Origin: an uncultured Olsenella sp.
GTDB taxonomy: Bacteria; Actinomycetota; Coriobacteriia; Coriobacteriales; Atopobiaceae
Assembly: GCA_900316105.1 (NCBI GenBank)
Contig: ONBR01000001.1
Span: 7,528-71,527 of the forward strand
Direction: 5' to 3'
Length of the DNA stretch: 64,000 nt
Below, piece after piece: positions 38,833 to 48,730 of this stretch (position 1 is the stretch's first letter; the number at the start of each line of letters is the position of its first letter). The notes under the pieces were generated by a model. That model searched no databases. It had not been told where the DNA came from and was given only the letters and a program-made list of their open reading frames with translations. The position numbers and the translations under genes are program-made.

Positions 38833-39507
38833 TTAGAGCTTGAAAAGGTAACCAACGCCACGAACCGTAACGATGTGGGCGGCAATCATGGGGCCGACCT
38901 TGGAACGGACGCGCCTGATGTGAACGTCAACCGTTCGGGTGCCACCGCAGTACTCGAAACCCCATACGCGGTGAAGCAGGGTCTCGCGAGAGTAGGCACG
39001 CGAGGGATGCGTGGCCAGAAAGGACAAGAGCGAGTACTCCATGAGTGTGAGGTCCACTGGCTCGTCATCGATGTAGACCTGGTACGTAGCCAGGTTGATC
39101 GTCATGTTGTCCACCGTCACGATGTCCGACGGCGCGCTTTGATCACCGGGACGCAGGAGAAGGGCGCAACGTACCGCCAGCTCCGCCTGTCCGGCGCTGG
39201 ACAGGATGAAGTCGCTCCTCCCCTGCGCAGGTAGGTGCAGATTGGACAAAGTGGACTCGTCCTGAATGACAAGCACCGGAATGTAGCCATTGTCAGCCAC
39301 GTAATCGTCAACCATGCTCGCGGTATCAGGTTCAATGTCCTCGGAATCGACGATCACAAGGTCGAAGTCGCGTCCAGAGTTGATGGCCTGCGAAAAGGTA
39401 TCGGGAGTGGCATGCAGAATCGAGACGTCCAGGGGATGCCTCAGTTCACGCATGCGATCAACGTAGCGTGTGGTCTTGGCTAGCAGCAAGATGTTCTTGT
39501 GGTGCAT
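38833..39507 (-). CDS. Orphan OmpR-family winged-helix regulator with an atypical receiver domain
   Basis: The C-terminus LTLMEYSLLSFLATHP...TVDVHIRRVRSKVG...VRGVGY is OmpR/PhoB type. The receiver lacks the acidic DD pair and the conserved Lys. The start is at ATG 39507 after GGGAGG. Confidence 0.8.
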   Translation of the reverse strand: MHHKNILLLAKTTRYVDRMRELRHPLDVSILHATPDTFSQAINSGRDFDLVIVDSEDIEPDTASMVDDYVADNGYIPVLVIQDESTLSNLHLPAQGRSDFILSSAGQAELAVRCALLLRPGDQSAPSDIVTVDNMTINLATYQVYIDDEPVDLTLMEYSLLSFLATHPSRAYSRETLLHRVWGFEYCGGTRTVDVHIRRVRSKVGPMIAAHIVTVRGVGYLFKL

Positions 39508-39679
39508 CCTCGCCCTCCCAAAACCTGCCTCGATTCGAACGCTCTGCGGCAGGGCAGTCATACATATATCAAAAAAGACTACCATAAAAGTATCCGCTCA
39601 CTGGCATGTAAGCAGCTAACTTATTGAATTATTTATCAACCTATTCAGTTAGAACACAGGCCTGAAAATCCCGCAGATG

Positions 39680-40561
39680 CTACTTGATGCTGCCGAGGAA
39701 CTCGCGAGTACGGTCCTCCTTGGGGTGGTCAAAGACATCCTCGGGCAGCCCCTGCTCCACCACGACGCCATTCTCCATGAACACAACGCGGTCGGCCACG
39801 TCGCGGGCGAATCCCATCTCATGAGTGACGACGACCATGGTCATGCCGCTGTTCAGAGCGAGGTCGCGCATGACAGCCAGGACGCCACGCACCAGCTCGG
39901 GATCCAGAGCCGACGTGGGCTCATCGAAGAGCAGGACCTTGGGATGCATGGCGACGGCACGAGCGATAGCAACGCGCTGCTGCTGGCCACCGGAGAGCTG
40001 GGGCGGCTTAAAGTCCGCACGCTCGGCCAAGCCAACGACAGCCAGCTGCTTCATGGCCTCCTCCTCGGCCTCCTTTCGGGACTTGCCCAGAACCTTCATC
40101 TGGCCGATAACCACGTTCTCCTTGGCCGAGAGGTGGGGGAAGAGATTGAACTGCTGGAAGACCATGCCCAGGTCGCGACGGAGCTCTGCGGTGTTCGTCT
40201 TGCTGGCGCCGGTGATTTCCTGGTCCTCGATCATGATGTGACCACTTGTCGGGGTCTCCAGAAGGTTGATGCACCTGAGCATCGTGGACTTGCCCGAGCC
40301 CGAGGGACCCAGGACGACGACGATCTCGCCGTTCCACACGTTGAGGTTCACATCGCGAAGGACCTGCGTGTCGCCAAAGCTCTTTTCCAGGTGCTCGATG
40401 CGGACCACAGGATGCTCGCCCGTCTCGAAGTGATGCTTCGAGAGGACCTTGTCATGCTCGTAACCAAGGCGCGCGGCCTCGTCCGCATCCAGCGCGGGCG
40501 GAACGTCCTTCTTTGCCGCTCGGTGCAAGACGTCCAGATCCAGATTGCGCTTACCGTGCAT
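39680..40561 (-). CDS. glnQ: Polar amino-acid ABC transporter ATP-binding protein (GlnQ-like)
   Basis: [23 protein letters not shown] and [11 protein letters not shown] motifs. ATG 40561 after GGAGG is preferred. There is an N-terminal extension of about 45 aa. Confidence 0.9.
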   Translation of the reverse strand: MHGKRNLDLDVLHRAAKKDVPPALDADEAARLGYEHDKVLSKHHFETGEHPVVRIEHLEKSFGDTQVLRDVNLNVWNGEIVVVLGPSGSGKSTMLRCINLLETPTSGHIMIEDQEITGASKTNTAELRRDLGMVFQQFNLFPHLSAKENVVIGQMKVLGKSRKEAEEEAMKQLAVVGLAERADFKPPQLSGGQQQRVAIARAVAMHPKVLLFDEPTSALDPELVRGVLAVMRDLALNSGMTMVVVTHEMGFARDVADRVVFMENGVVVEQGLPEDVFDHPKEDRTREFLGSIK

Positions 40562-42860
40562 TACCAGTACCTCCATCTGTCTGGAACTGTGGTTTGAAGG
40601 GAGAGAGCAGTGCCTCGAGGGGCGAGGGCTCCGAACCCATGGCCTGAGCGATGGGATTTGCGTCCTGCTGGACCTCGGCGGACTCCTCCGTGCCCTCCTC
40701 CAGGGGATCCTCAGCGGAAACCTTCGGACGCTTGGAGCGACCGTGCTCCTCGTCCGAGAGGTGCCTCTCTACCTTGGTGACCACCTTGATCAGGGGCAGG
40801 GTGACGATCAGGTAGTAGATGGCCGCCGCAATGTAGGGCGTAATGTTGCCCGTTGTGGTGGTGAGGTTCTTTGAGAACATCATGAGCTCCATGACACCAA
40901 CGGACGAAAGCAGCGAGGTGTCCTTGTAGGAGGTGATGAAGTCGGAGGTGACGGTAGGGATGACGCGCCTGATGGTCTGCGGAAGGATGATGTAGAACAT
41001 CGTCTGCATGTGGCTCATGCCAAGGGAAGACGCTGCCTCGTATTGGCCCTGTGGAATCGACTCGATGCCCGCACGATAGATTTCGGCCTGATAGGAAGAG
41101 GAGTTGATGGCCACCACGATGATGCCCAGTATGGTGTTGTCGATGTTGATGCCCACCATGGGCAGGCCAAAGAAGGCAATGTAGATCTGCAGGAAGAGTG
41201 GGGTGCCACGAAGGAGATTTATGTAAATCGACGCAATGGCACGGAAGAGCCTATGCCTGGAGGTCTTGAGCAGGGCAAAGACGAGACCCAGGGCAATTGC
41301 GAAGGGGTAGGCGGCAACGACGATCAGGAGGCAGACCAACCAGCCCGGGAAGAGCGAGGCGAAGGAAGTCACCAGGAGCTGGGGCTTAAAGAACATGTTG
41401 AGGAAGGGCACCGAGTTCCAGGCGGTCACCCAGTCCTGCTCGTCGAGCCAGGTGACGATGCGCTGGAGGGCAGTGTTTTCGATAATCGAGATCGGAGCGG
41501 AGGCGGGGATGTCTCCCGTCTTTCCGTCTTGGGTGGTGTAGGTGCCGGCAACCGTGTAATCGCCGCCCGCGGAGGGGAACTTCATGTTCGTGATCTCAAG
41601 GCGAAGGAGCGAGTCCGTTGCGATGGGCTCGGAGAACTCGACGGTCATGCTGCTGCCATTGGTGGTGGCCTTACCGTCCACCTTGACGCGATCCAGACCA
41701 TTGAGGACCGTGATGCGGGTGGACGAACCGTCAAAGCTTGCGTCATCGGGCAGCTGCAGGGTTACGGACTTGACGCCAGAGGAATCCTTGACCGTGCCCT
41801 CCCAGGTCAGACGAGTGTCCACGCCACCAATGACGCCATTGCCACCATCCTCGTTGGGACGAGCGGTTGCGTTTGAGACCTCGATGCCACCGGCGGCTGA
41901 CTGCCCGCCGGTCTCGGAGGCGGACTTCGTCGCCGTAGCCGAATCCGCGCCAGAAGCGGTATCGGACCCTTCCGAGGCACCAAACCACTTGTCCTCCAGA
42001 GAGGCCAGGGTGCCGTCAGACTTGCACTCGTCCAGGGCCTTGTTGAGGGCTGCGGTGAGGCCGGGGTTGTCCTTGCTCACGGCAAGACCGTACTGCTCGC
42101 CCGTGGGGATTTCCTTGGCCACGCTGGTAGTGGTGAAGGAGTTCTTTACCTCGTACTGCATGACAGGCAGGTCGGCGATGGCAGCGGTGAACTTTCCACT
42201 CTGCACTCCCGTCAGGGCAGTTACGGGATCGTCCAGGGCCTTTATCGTGGCATTGGGGAGGAACTCCTTTGCCCAAGACTCACCAGTCGTGCCGGACTGG
42301 ACGGCAATGACGACGTCCTTCTTGTCCAGGGCGGCCTTGTAGTCTGCCGCGACAGAGTCGGCAAGGTCCTTTGAGGTGACAATGCCCTGGTTGGAATCTA
42401 TATATGCCTGGGTAAAGTCGATCTCCTGCTTGCGCTCGTCCGTGATGGTGAAGTTGGAGGCGCCGACGTCGGCCTTGCCCCCCTGCTTGATCAGGGGAAT
42501 GATCGAGTCGAACTTCTGAGGAGGGAGGTATTCGCAGTTGAGGCCCATCTTCTTTGCCAGGGCCTGCATGAGCTCGACCTCGAAGCCAGCGGGAGCGGAC
42601 GAGCCGTTCTCGTAGTAGTCAAAGGGCGGATTGCTCAGGTCGGATGCGACCGTCAGGGTACCGTCCTTGACCAGCTTGTAGGAGCTTGCGTCTGCGCTTG
42701 AGCTCGCCTGCGTGTCACCCGAGCCCGAGCCTGATGCGGCATTGCCGCTTCCGCCCGACGAGCATGCCGCCAGCACCACCACGAGCGTGCACGCCAAGAG
42801 AGAGACAAGCAGTCTCCCCAACCACGTGCCGTGCTTCATTGTCGAAGCCCTGTCCTTCAT
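40551..42860 (-). CDS. Fused substrate-binding domain / unknown beta-rich domain / amino-acid ABC permease
   Basis: Lipoprotein signal (LAAC), a family 3 substrate-binding domain (SBD), an insert of about 140 aa, then a HisM/GlnP-type permease. The start is at ATG 42860 after GAGGAGG. Confidence 0.85.
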   Translation of the reverse strand: MKDRASTMKHGTWLGRLLVSLLACTLVVVLAACSSGGSGNAASGSGSGDTQASSSADASSYKLVKDGTLTVASDLSNPPFDYYENGSSAPAGFEVELMQALAKKMGLNCEYLPPQKFDSIIPLIKQGGKADVGASNFTITDERKQEIDFTQAYIDSNQGIVTSKDLADSVAADYKAALDKKDVVIAVQSGTTGESWAKEFLPNATIKALDDPVTALTGVQSGKFTAAIADLPVMQYEVKNSFTTTSVAKEIPTGEQYGLAVSKDNPGLTAALNKALDECKSDGTLASLEDKWFGASEGSDTASGADSATATKSASETGGQSAAGGIEVSNATARPNEDGGNGVIGGVDTRLTWEGTVKDSSGVKSVTLQLPDDASFDGSSTRITVLNGLDRVKVDGKATTNGSSMTVEFSEPIATDSLLRLEITNMKFPSAGGDYTVAGTYTTQDGKTGDIPASAPISIIENTALQRIVTWLDEQDWVTAWNSVPFLNMFFKPQLLVTSFASLFPGWLVCLLIVVAAYPFAIALGLVFALLKTSRHRLFRAIASIYINLLRGTPLFLQIYIAFFGLPMVGINIDNTILGIIVVAINSSSYQAEIYRAGIESIPQGQYEAASSLGMSHMQTMFYIILPQTIRRVIPTVTSDFITSYKDTSLLSSVGVMELMMFSKNLTTTTGNITPYIAAAIYYLIVTLPLIKVVTKVERHLSDEEHGRSKRPKVSAEDPLEEGTEESAEVQQDANPIAQAMGSEPSPLEALLSPFKPQFQTDGGTGNAR

Positions 42861-43105
42861 ACAAATCCTCCTCAGGATGTGCAAGGAGCCGCGCGGGGCG
42901 GCTCCTCCCATCGAACTGATGACGAGCATTCTATCAAACGCTGATTACAGAATGATTAAAGTCCCCACGCATTATGAGATAAAACAATATATCGATGGGT
43001 TCATAATGCAAATGGATAGGTAATCAACAGATTACCTATCCATTAAATCCGATGTATTCACTTGCCTTTGCGGAAGAGATGGGGGTCATATGGCCCCACC
43101 TGCCC

Positions 43106-44461
43106 CTACTCGCCAGCGTAGAAGGTGCGGCACTCCCAGTCGGTAACCACGGAACAATACTCGTCCCACTTTGCGAAGGACTGCTGTACCAGGTAGTCAC
43201 ACACGTTGTCACCGAAGACCTCGTGCATGAGCTCGCTCCTGTCAAAGAGCTTCGTCGCCTCCTGCAGGGTGCGGGGGAGACGGCTGATGCCGCGCCTGGT
43301 AAGCTCGGCCTCGCCCAAGCCCACCAGGGCGGACGTGGACTCTTCCGGAAGCTCAAGCTCCTCCTCGATACCCTTCATACCCGCCGCGAGGGATACGGCA
43401 ATGGACAGGTAGGGATTGGCCGATGGGTCGGGGTTGCGGAGCTCAACGCGGGTGGACTGGTGCTTGCCGGGCTTGTGTGCGGGGATGCGCACCAGTGCGT
43501 CACGGTTCTTTCGGCCCCAGGTGGTGTAGATGGGTACCTCACCGTTCTCGACCAGGCGCTTGTAGGAGTTGACCGTGGGGTTGGTGATCATCACGAACTC
43601 AGGGGCATACTTGAGGATGCCGGCCACATAGCTCCTGCCGATGGCGGAAAGATGGGCGGGGTGCTCGGTCTTTGGCGCCCAGAAGAGGTTCGTGCCCTCA
43701 TGGTCAAAGAGCGACTGGTAAAGGAACATGCCGGATCCAGACTCACCCGTAAAGGGCTTGGGCATGAAGGAGGCAATGAGATCGTTGTCGTGAGCCTTCT
43801 GCCTGATCACCAGGCGGGCGGTCATGATGTTGTCGGCACAGGTGACCGCCTCGGAGTACCGCAGCTCCATGGCGTTCTGCGAGGGAGCCTTGCTGTGGTA
43901 GGAGTAGGAGACGGGAATAGACATCTTCTCCAAGGCCAGGGTGGTATCGCGTCTCAGGTCGGTAGCGGAATCGGAGGAAGTCAGATCGAAGTAGCCGGCG
44001 TGGTCGGCAGGTACTGGCACGATATCCCCATGCGAAGCGGGACGATCGAGGTAGAAGTACTCGATCTTTGGTCCGACATTCATGACGTAACCCTTGTCAT
44101 CCGCCTGCTCGAAGACGCGACGTAGGATGAGGCGAGGATCACCATCGAAGGGCTGGCGGTTCGGATAGCGTACGTCGCAGAACATGCGGGCCACGGCGTG
44201 ATTCTGCGGACGCCAGGGCAGAATCTGGAAGGTGGTGGCGTCGGGGAAGGCTAGCATGTCGGACTCATCAGAGGACACAAAGCCCTCCACTGACGAACCA
44301 TCGAAGCCGACGCCCTCCTCAAAGGCTTCCTCCAGGTCCTCGGAGGAGATGGAGAAGGACTTGAGGTTGCCCAGTACGTCCGTAAACCACAGACGAATGA
44401 ATCTCACGTCTCTCTTCTCAACGGTTCGGAGAACAAAGTCGATTGTCCTGTCGTCACTCAT
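43106..44461 (-). CDS. glnA: Glutamine synthetase, type I
   Basis: FIRLWFTDVLG beta-grasp start and GS catalytic-domain motifs (GSGMFLYQSL, NPYL). Confidence 0.92.
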   Translation of the reverse strand: MSDDRTIDFVLRTVEKRDVRFIRLWFTDVLGNLKSFSISSEDLEEAFEEGVGFDGSSVEGFVSSDESDMLAFPDATTFQILPWRPQNHAVARMFCDVRYPNRQPFDGDPRLILRRVFEQADDKGYVMNVGPKIEYFYLDRPASHGDIVPVPADHAGYFDLTSSDSATDLRRDTTLALEKMSIPVSYSYHSKAPSQNAMELRYSEAVTCADNIMTARLVIRQKAHDNDLIASFMPKPFTGESGSGMFLYQSLFDHEGTNLFWAPKTEHPAHLSAIGRSYVAGILKYAPEFVMITNPTVNSYKRLVENGEVPIYTTWGRKNRDALVRIPAHKPGKHQSTRVELRNPDPSANPYLSIAVSLAAGMKGIEEELELPEESTSALVGLGEAELTRRGISRLPRTLQEATKLFDRSELMHEVFGDNVCDYLVQQSFAKWDEYCSVVTDWECRTFYAGE

Positions 44462-44651
44462 GGGCTCTCCTTATGGAAGTCAGAATATTGTCAAGCGACT
44501 CAGCGCTTTCTCTGCAGTAAACACCCACGCGCAAATTCACCGAGATGAATCTGCGCGCAAAGGCTAGTCATAGTGACAATGACAGAACGATATTACATAG
44601 CTGTTTCAGAATTAGGGGAGTCCGACGGACGGCATGCCGAAAACGCTCACT

Positions 44652-44861
44652 CTACCTGCCAATAGTCCCAGATTTGAAGGCTTTGTCCACATCGGCCATC
44701 ATGCCCTGGGCCACCTCGCAGTGACCCTTGCCGGTGGCGCGGGCGGTACATGTGCTGCCAGAGGCGCAGTCGGAGCACTCGCCGTCGCCCTTTACGATGG
44801 AGCGGACGCACAGAAAGAGGACCGCCGCGACGGCAGCCACGATTATGACGTTGATAAGCAT
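44652..44861 (-). CDS. Small Cys-rich membrane protein (FeoB-associated Cys-rich type)
   Basis: MLINVIIVAAVAAVLFLCV TM segment followed by CSDC...C...C. ATG 44861 follows AAGGAGG. Confidence 0.55.
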   Translation of the reverse strand: MLINVIIVAAVAAVLFLCVRSIVKGDGECSDCASGSTCTARATGKGHCEVAQGMMADVDKAFKSGTIGR

Positions 44862-44982
44862 GCGAACCTCCTTTGTTGGGGGTGTCTTGTTAACCATGCC
44901 TTACTATACCCATCCGAGGAAACTACCATCAGCAGAAGGCAATGTCTCCCCCATCTGCACTCAAATAGCAGGTGAACGAACG

Positions 44983-45010
44983 AGGGGCGCCGCCCCAAGG
45001 CGGCGCCCCT
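44983..45010 (-). terminator. Hairpin after the flavodoxin gene
   Basis: AGGGGCGCCGCC-CCAA-GGCGGCGCCCCT 12-bp stem; only a weak T-tract. Confidence 0.5.
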
Positions 45011-45046
45011 ACCGAGTCGGGCATATCAATGTCCTGCGTGCAGTAC

Positions 45047-45451
45047 CTACTCTGCCAGTCTCTTTCCAGCCTCAGCCAGCTGCTCAAGGGCCTCATCGTC
45101 AGGCTCGAGGTTGGCAATGACGGATTCCAGGACGTTCACGCCATTGTCCTCAGCTTCGGACTTCCACGTCTCCATCCAGTCTCCGGTGCCCCAATCATAG
45201 GAGCCAAAGAGCACGACGGGCTTGCCACCCAGCTGGGACTCGCAGGCCTCCCAGAGCTCCTGAAAGTCAGGGTCGAGCTCCTCGGATCCCATGGCAGGGC
45301 AACCGAACGCCAGGGCGTCAAAGTCCTTCACCTGGTCGGCGCTGAAGTCGGAGTAGTCGACCGCCTCGGCACCAGCCGCCTCGGCCAGGGCCTTTGCCAT
45401 GGCCTCGGTGTTACCCGTCTGGGAAAAATACACTACCGCTACCTTCTTCAT
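45047..45451 (-). CDS. Short-chain flavodoxin
   Basis: MKKVAVVYFSQTGNTE FMN-binding start; 134 aa. ATG 45451 follows AGGAGG. Confidence 0.9.
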   Translation of the reverse strand: MKKVAVVYFSQTGNTEAMAKALAEAAGAEAVDYSDFSADQVKDFDALAFGCPAMGSEELDPDFQELWEACESQLGGKPVVLFGSYDWGTGDWMETWKSEAEDNGVNVLESVIANLEPDDEALEQLAEAGKRLAE

Positions 45452-45515
45452 AGTTTCCTCCTGTACCTTGTATGACTGACCCCGGCCCCATTGCCAGGGA
45501 GTAGTACCAACGGAA

Positions 45516-46226
45516 TCAGGGCGTCGGGACCGTCCTTGCATGGAGCTGACCGCGCCGCACGAGCGCCCCCAGAGTCATCCCCTGCTCATAGAGCCTCTGG
45601 TAGGCCTCCTGGCTCTGCTGCATGCGCTCAAAGCAGCGTCGAGCGTTCTCGACATTGCCGTACACGCGCCAGGGCCCCCTTTCGACCTCGCGGTCGTGAT
45701 GGATGAAGCCGAGGACGTCCTCGAGGGGATAACCAAGGATGACGCCAATCTCATGGGGGTAGTCGGCTGAAATCCCCAGATGAAAGTTGCAGAGCCTACG
45801 TCTGATCTGTGCCATCAGTGCGCTGGCATCAGAGGCGTCAAAGCCTTGGGCCACCATGAATTCCCGGACGTCCGCATCCTCAAGAACTTGCGAAACAAGG
45901 CCCTCATTCCAAACGAGGAGCTGGAGGCGGCCCTTGTTCACGCCAACCACGTCGAGTCGGATGCCCTGGTCGCCTAGGCCGTGCGCGAACGCGCGCACCA
46001 CTTCGCGCTCGACCGAAGTCATGTGGTGGCTTACGCACGAGCACGAGCCGCAAGCACCACAGAGCTTATGTGAAAAGACTGCCGCCGGCTTGACGCCCGC
46101 AAAAACGCTGGAACAGTTGCGCACGAGGGTAAGGGCAAGGTCATGAGCAAATTTGCTCTGGATGAGGTCCGCCCCTCGCAGCCTACAGGGAGCGAGCCTG
46201 GCTTCCATCGCGCTCTCACCACTCAT
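45516..46226 (-). CDS. DUF3793-like protein
   Basis: The YPHEIGVILGYPLEDVLGF motif and pairing with flavodoxin fit my recollection of DUF3793. It also carries a CGACGSCSC cluster. Confidence 0.6.
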   Translation of the reverse strand: MSGESAMEARLAPCRLRGADLIQSKFAHDLALTLVRNCSSVFAGVKPAAVFSHKLCGACGSCSCVSHHMTSVEREVVRAFAHGLGDQGIRLDVVGVNKGRLQLLVWNEGLVSQVLEDADVREFMVAQGFDASDASALMAQIRRRLCNFHLGISADYPHEIGVILGYPLEDVLGFIHHDREVERGPWRVYGNVENARRCFERMQQSQEAYQRLYEQGMTLGALVRRGQLHARTVPTP

Positions 46227-46630
46227 GTAGTTCCTTTCAAACTGAGGTATATAAGGCTAGAAATAGCGCCACCGACTAGGAAAGGGAGGGGGACGTCGGT
46301 GGCGCTTGGAGACCTGTTCACCAACGGGGAGAGGTTCCGCTTGTGCCAGGTAGGGGTAAACGAACTTTCGTGGTCTGTGCGAACTCCTTATGAAGTAATA
46401 CTTGGTTAACTTCTTGACGAGAAGAGAGTACACCAAAGTTAACTTGAATGCCAGAAGAATTTTCGTAAATTGTCAAACTCGCCAGCAATTCCTCTTTTTG
46501 GCAGAAAAGGGAGTTAATTTGTTGGACCGTCTATTGGTTTCGGCTTGTATAACCCAAGAACGACCAGGTATGCTAGGCAATGACTGTAAGAAGTCCTATC
46601 CCAGCCCCCTTACCTTCATTCGGAGCAGCA

Positions 46631-47611
46631 ATGGCATCTCGTTATTGTCCAAAATGCGGCGCGCCCCTCGGAGAGGGGCAGGAGTTCTGTATGAACTGCG
46701 GATGCGACCTCAACGAATGGCATGCCATAATCGCTACCGCCGAGTCAGAAGATGCCGATACCGAGGACTACGAGGAAGTTGACCTGAGTCAGGCCAGCCA
46801 CCGACCACGCCACGCAAAGGCAGCCCCGCCCAACGATGACGTCCAACCCACAGCAGTGGAGGCGCAGGTTCCTCGAGCTCACTCTCGCGAGCAAGGTTCC
46901 GCCAGCCCCATCCCCATCATGTCCCCCCTGCCGGTCTCCGTGCACGATCCAAAGCTCTACGAAGAGGATTCGCCGCACAACAGGCGAAAGCTTGTCCTCT
47001 TCATCAGCTTCGTCATCGCTGCCATCCTAGCCTTCTTCCTGGTCTACCACTTTGTCATCCACAGGTCAGACCCCCAGCAACCTGCCGTGAGCTCAAGCGA
47101 ACAACCCAGCGAAAGCGCACAGAGCGAGCCCAGCTCCACTTCTCAAAAGGAGGAAGTGGACGAGAGTCCCTACAAGGACGAACCTGGCTACGAAGAGGTA
47201 AAGGCCCTCTACGACAAGCTCGAGGATCTCGACCGCGAGGTCACCAGCTGCGAAAACGCCTACAAGAACGACTTCACCGCCGACGAGGAGACCCGTACCA
47301 AGGATTCGGACCAGGCAACTGAACTCGCGAAGACCCTCAAGGACGACCTCAAGAAAGTCAACGACATTGACGAGGTGGAGGAGGACTCGAAGCTGTACGA
47401 CCAGTATCAGCTGGTCATCGAGTGCTACCAGTACTTGAACGACCGCATGGCAATCATCACGAAGGCCTGGAAGACCAACCTCCAGTACAAGCATCCCGAA
47501 AAATACGAGGACCGTCTCAGCAAGCTCATCTCCCAGAACATCCGCTCTGGCGAGGAAGACGTGGCCCCCAAGGTGGACTACCAGAAGAGCTACCAGCGCA
47601 TCGGCCTCTAA
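46631..47611 (+). CDS. Zinc-ribbon / TM / coiled-coil ectodomain protein
   Basis: YCPKCGAPL...FCMNCG double CxxC, one TM and an acidic coiled-coil C-terminal domain. The start is at ATG 46631. Confidence 0.7.
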   Translation: MASRYCPKCGAPLGEGQEFCMNCGCDLNEWHAIIATAESEDADTEDYEEVDLSQASHRPRHAKAAPPNDDVQPTAVEAQVPRAHSREQGSASPIPIMSPLPVSVHDPKLYEEDSPHNRRKLVLFISFVIAAILAFFLVYHFVIHRSDPQQPAVSSSEQPSESAQSEPSSTSQKEEVDESPYKDEPGYEEVKALYDKLEDLDREVTSCENAYKNDFTADEETRTKDSDQATELAKTLKDDLKKVNDIDEVEEDSKLYDQYQLVIECYQYLNDRMAIITKAWKTNLQYKHPEKYEDRLSKLISQNIRSGEEDVAPKVDYQKSYQRIGL

Positions 47612-47663
47612 CCCGCATGAAGGCCGTTTGGGTCAGCCTCAAAGGCGAGAAAGCATGAGATTG

Positions 47664-47696
47664 AAAAAGCCACTGGGCAATATGCCTAGTGGCTTT
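47664..47696. terminator. Bidirectional hairpin between convergent genes
   Basis: AAAAAGCCACT ... AGTGGCTTT, with A/T runs on both sides. It overlaps the GIY-YIG stop codon. Confidence 0.55.
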
Positions 47697-48129
47697 CTCC
47701 TACCCGGGCAGGCTCAGACGAGTTCCAGGCAGCCAGGAGCTCGGACGAAGCGGCTGGCTCAAAGGGACTCTCGACCCGTCTGGGATCCGCCACCAAGGCA
47801 AGCTTTTCCTCCCGCCTCATATGGTGAAGACGCCACTCGAGCTTGCTCGCCTCGGAGCGGTTCGGCGCATGCCAGAGGGCCACCAGGGCCTCCACTCCAT
47901 GCGTGCGGGTATAGCGGGCTGCCACACTCCCACCGCTGCGGTGCTCTCGCAGCCTTCGCGCGATGTCTGTGGTGATACCGGCATAGAGACTTCCGTCCCC
48001 ACAACGCAGCACGTAGACGTAGTAGTTCCAGGACCCGGCCTCAGACGGCTCGTCCCCATTCGAGGAAAGGCCCTCCTCCTGCAGGTCACTCGTGGGCAAC
48101 GGGGCTTCCCCCTTCGCCGTCGGAATCAT
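47686..48129 (-). CDS. GIY-YIG nuclease-domain protein (UPF0213/YhbQ-like) with an N-terminal extension
   Basis: YYVYVLRCGDGSLYAGITTDIARRLREH... GIY-YIG core. The start is uncertain; TTG 48099 after AAGGGGGAA is possible. Confidence 0.8.
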   Translation of the reverse strand: MIPTAKGEAPLPTSDLQEEGLSSNGDEPSEAGSWNYYVYVLRCGDGSLYAGITTDIARRLREHRSGGSVAARYTRTHGVEALVALWHAPNRSEASKLEWRLHHMRREEKLALVADPRRVESPFEPAASSELLAAWNSSEPARVGESH

Positions 48130-48715
48130 CCCAGGCTATGGGCACACCCCAGTCCTTCAGCAAATCGCAGAGCCGCCGCATCCCCTCGGGAGCGAATCCA
48201 CGGCCATAGGACGAGAATCCCCTACCGCTGCCTATAACCTCAAGGGCCCAACTCCAGGTATCCAGGGAGACCGTCTGGTCATCGGTCACATCCGGCCCAT
48301 CCTCCCAGGCCTTCAAGCCGAGCTCCCCCAGGGCTTCCATGAGGGCCGTCTCGTGGCCTTCGTCCAGATCCAGAAGCTTACGCGGAGCCTGTATCCCACG
48401 GGCAAACCAAAGCTCCATCAGCTCTTCCTCGCTTCTGCCCACAAAGAGCTGAAAGGCGCACTGCAACTCCACACCGTGGCGTATGCGCAGGTGAAAGAGG
48501 GCTAGCTGGCCGTCAAGCCTGCCAATCTGCCCAGGTTGGATGGGCTCGATCTCGACCAGCGAGCTCAGGGGAACCTTGAGTGAATAGTCATCGGCATTGG
48601 GGTCAATCAGGCCAACCTCACAAACGCCCCTCTCATCAATGCCAAAGACGCTTCCGTAGCTCCCCACAGCAGCGACGTGCACGAGAGAGTCCCTCCGAAT
48701 GGCCATTCGCCCCAT
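48086..48715 (-). CDS. Hypothetical protein (209 aa)
   Basis: The ORF is tightly packed between the XRE gene (15-nt gap) and the GIY-YIG gene (overlap). I recognise no family. Confidence 0.6.
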   Translation of the reverse strand: MGRMAIRRDSLVHVAAVGSYGSVFGIDERGVCEVGLIDPNADDYSLKVPLSSLVEIEPIQPGQIGRLDGQLALFHLRIRHGVELQCAFQLFVGRSEEELMELWFARGIQAPRKLLDLDEGHETALMEALGELGLKAWEDGPDVTDDQTVSLDTWSWALEVIGSGRGFSSYGRGFAPEGMRRLCDLLKDWGVPIAWDDSDGEGGSPVAHE

Positions 48716-48730
48716 CCTTCCTCGTCTTTG

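Noticed and set aside
42930-43105. 12-bp perfect hairpin GGATAGGTAATC-AACA-GATTACCTATCC (43012-43040) as the glnA terminator or a transporter operator
   Set aside because: It lacks a clear U-tract on the minus strand. It sits equally well as a terminator or an operator, and the sequence alone cannot distinguish these, so it is not called as a feature.
44462-44651. Search for TnrA/GlnR (TGTNAN7TNACA) or actinobacterial GlnR boxes upstream of glnA
   Set aside because: Only partial words are present (GAAAC-n6-GTAAT, TGTCATTGTCAC). None fits either consensus across its full length, so no site is called.
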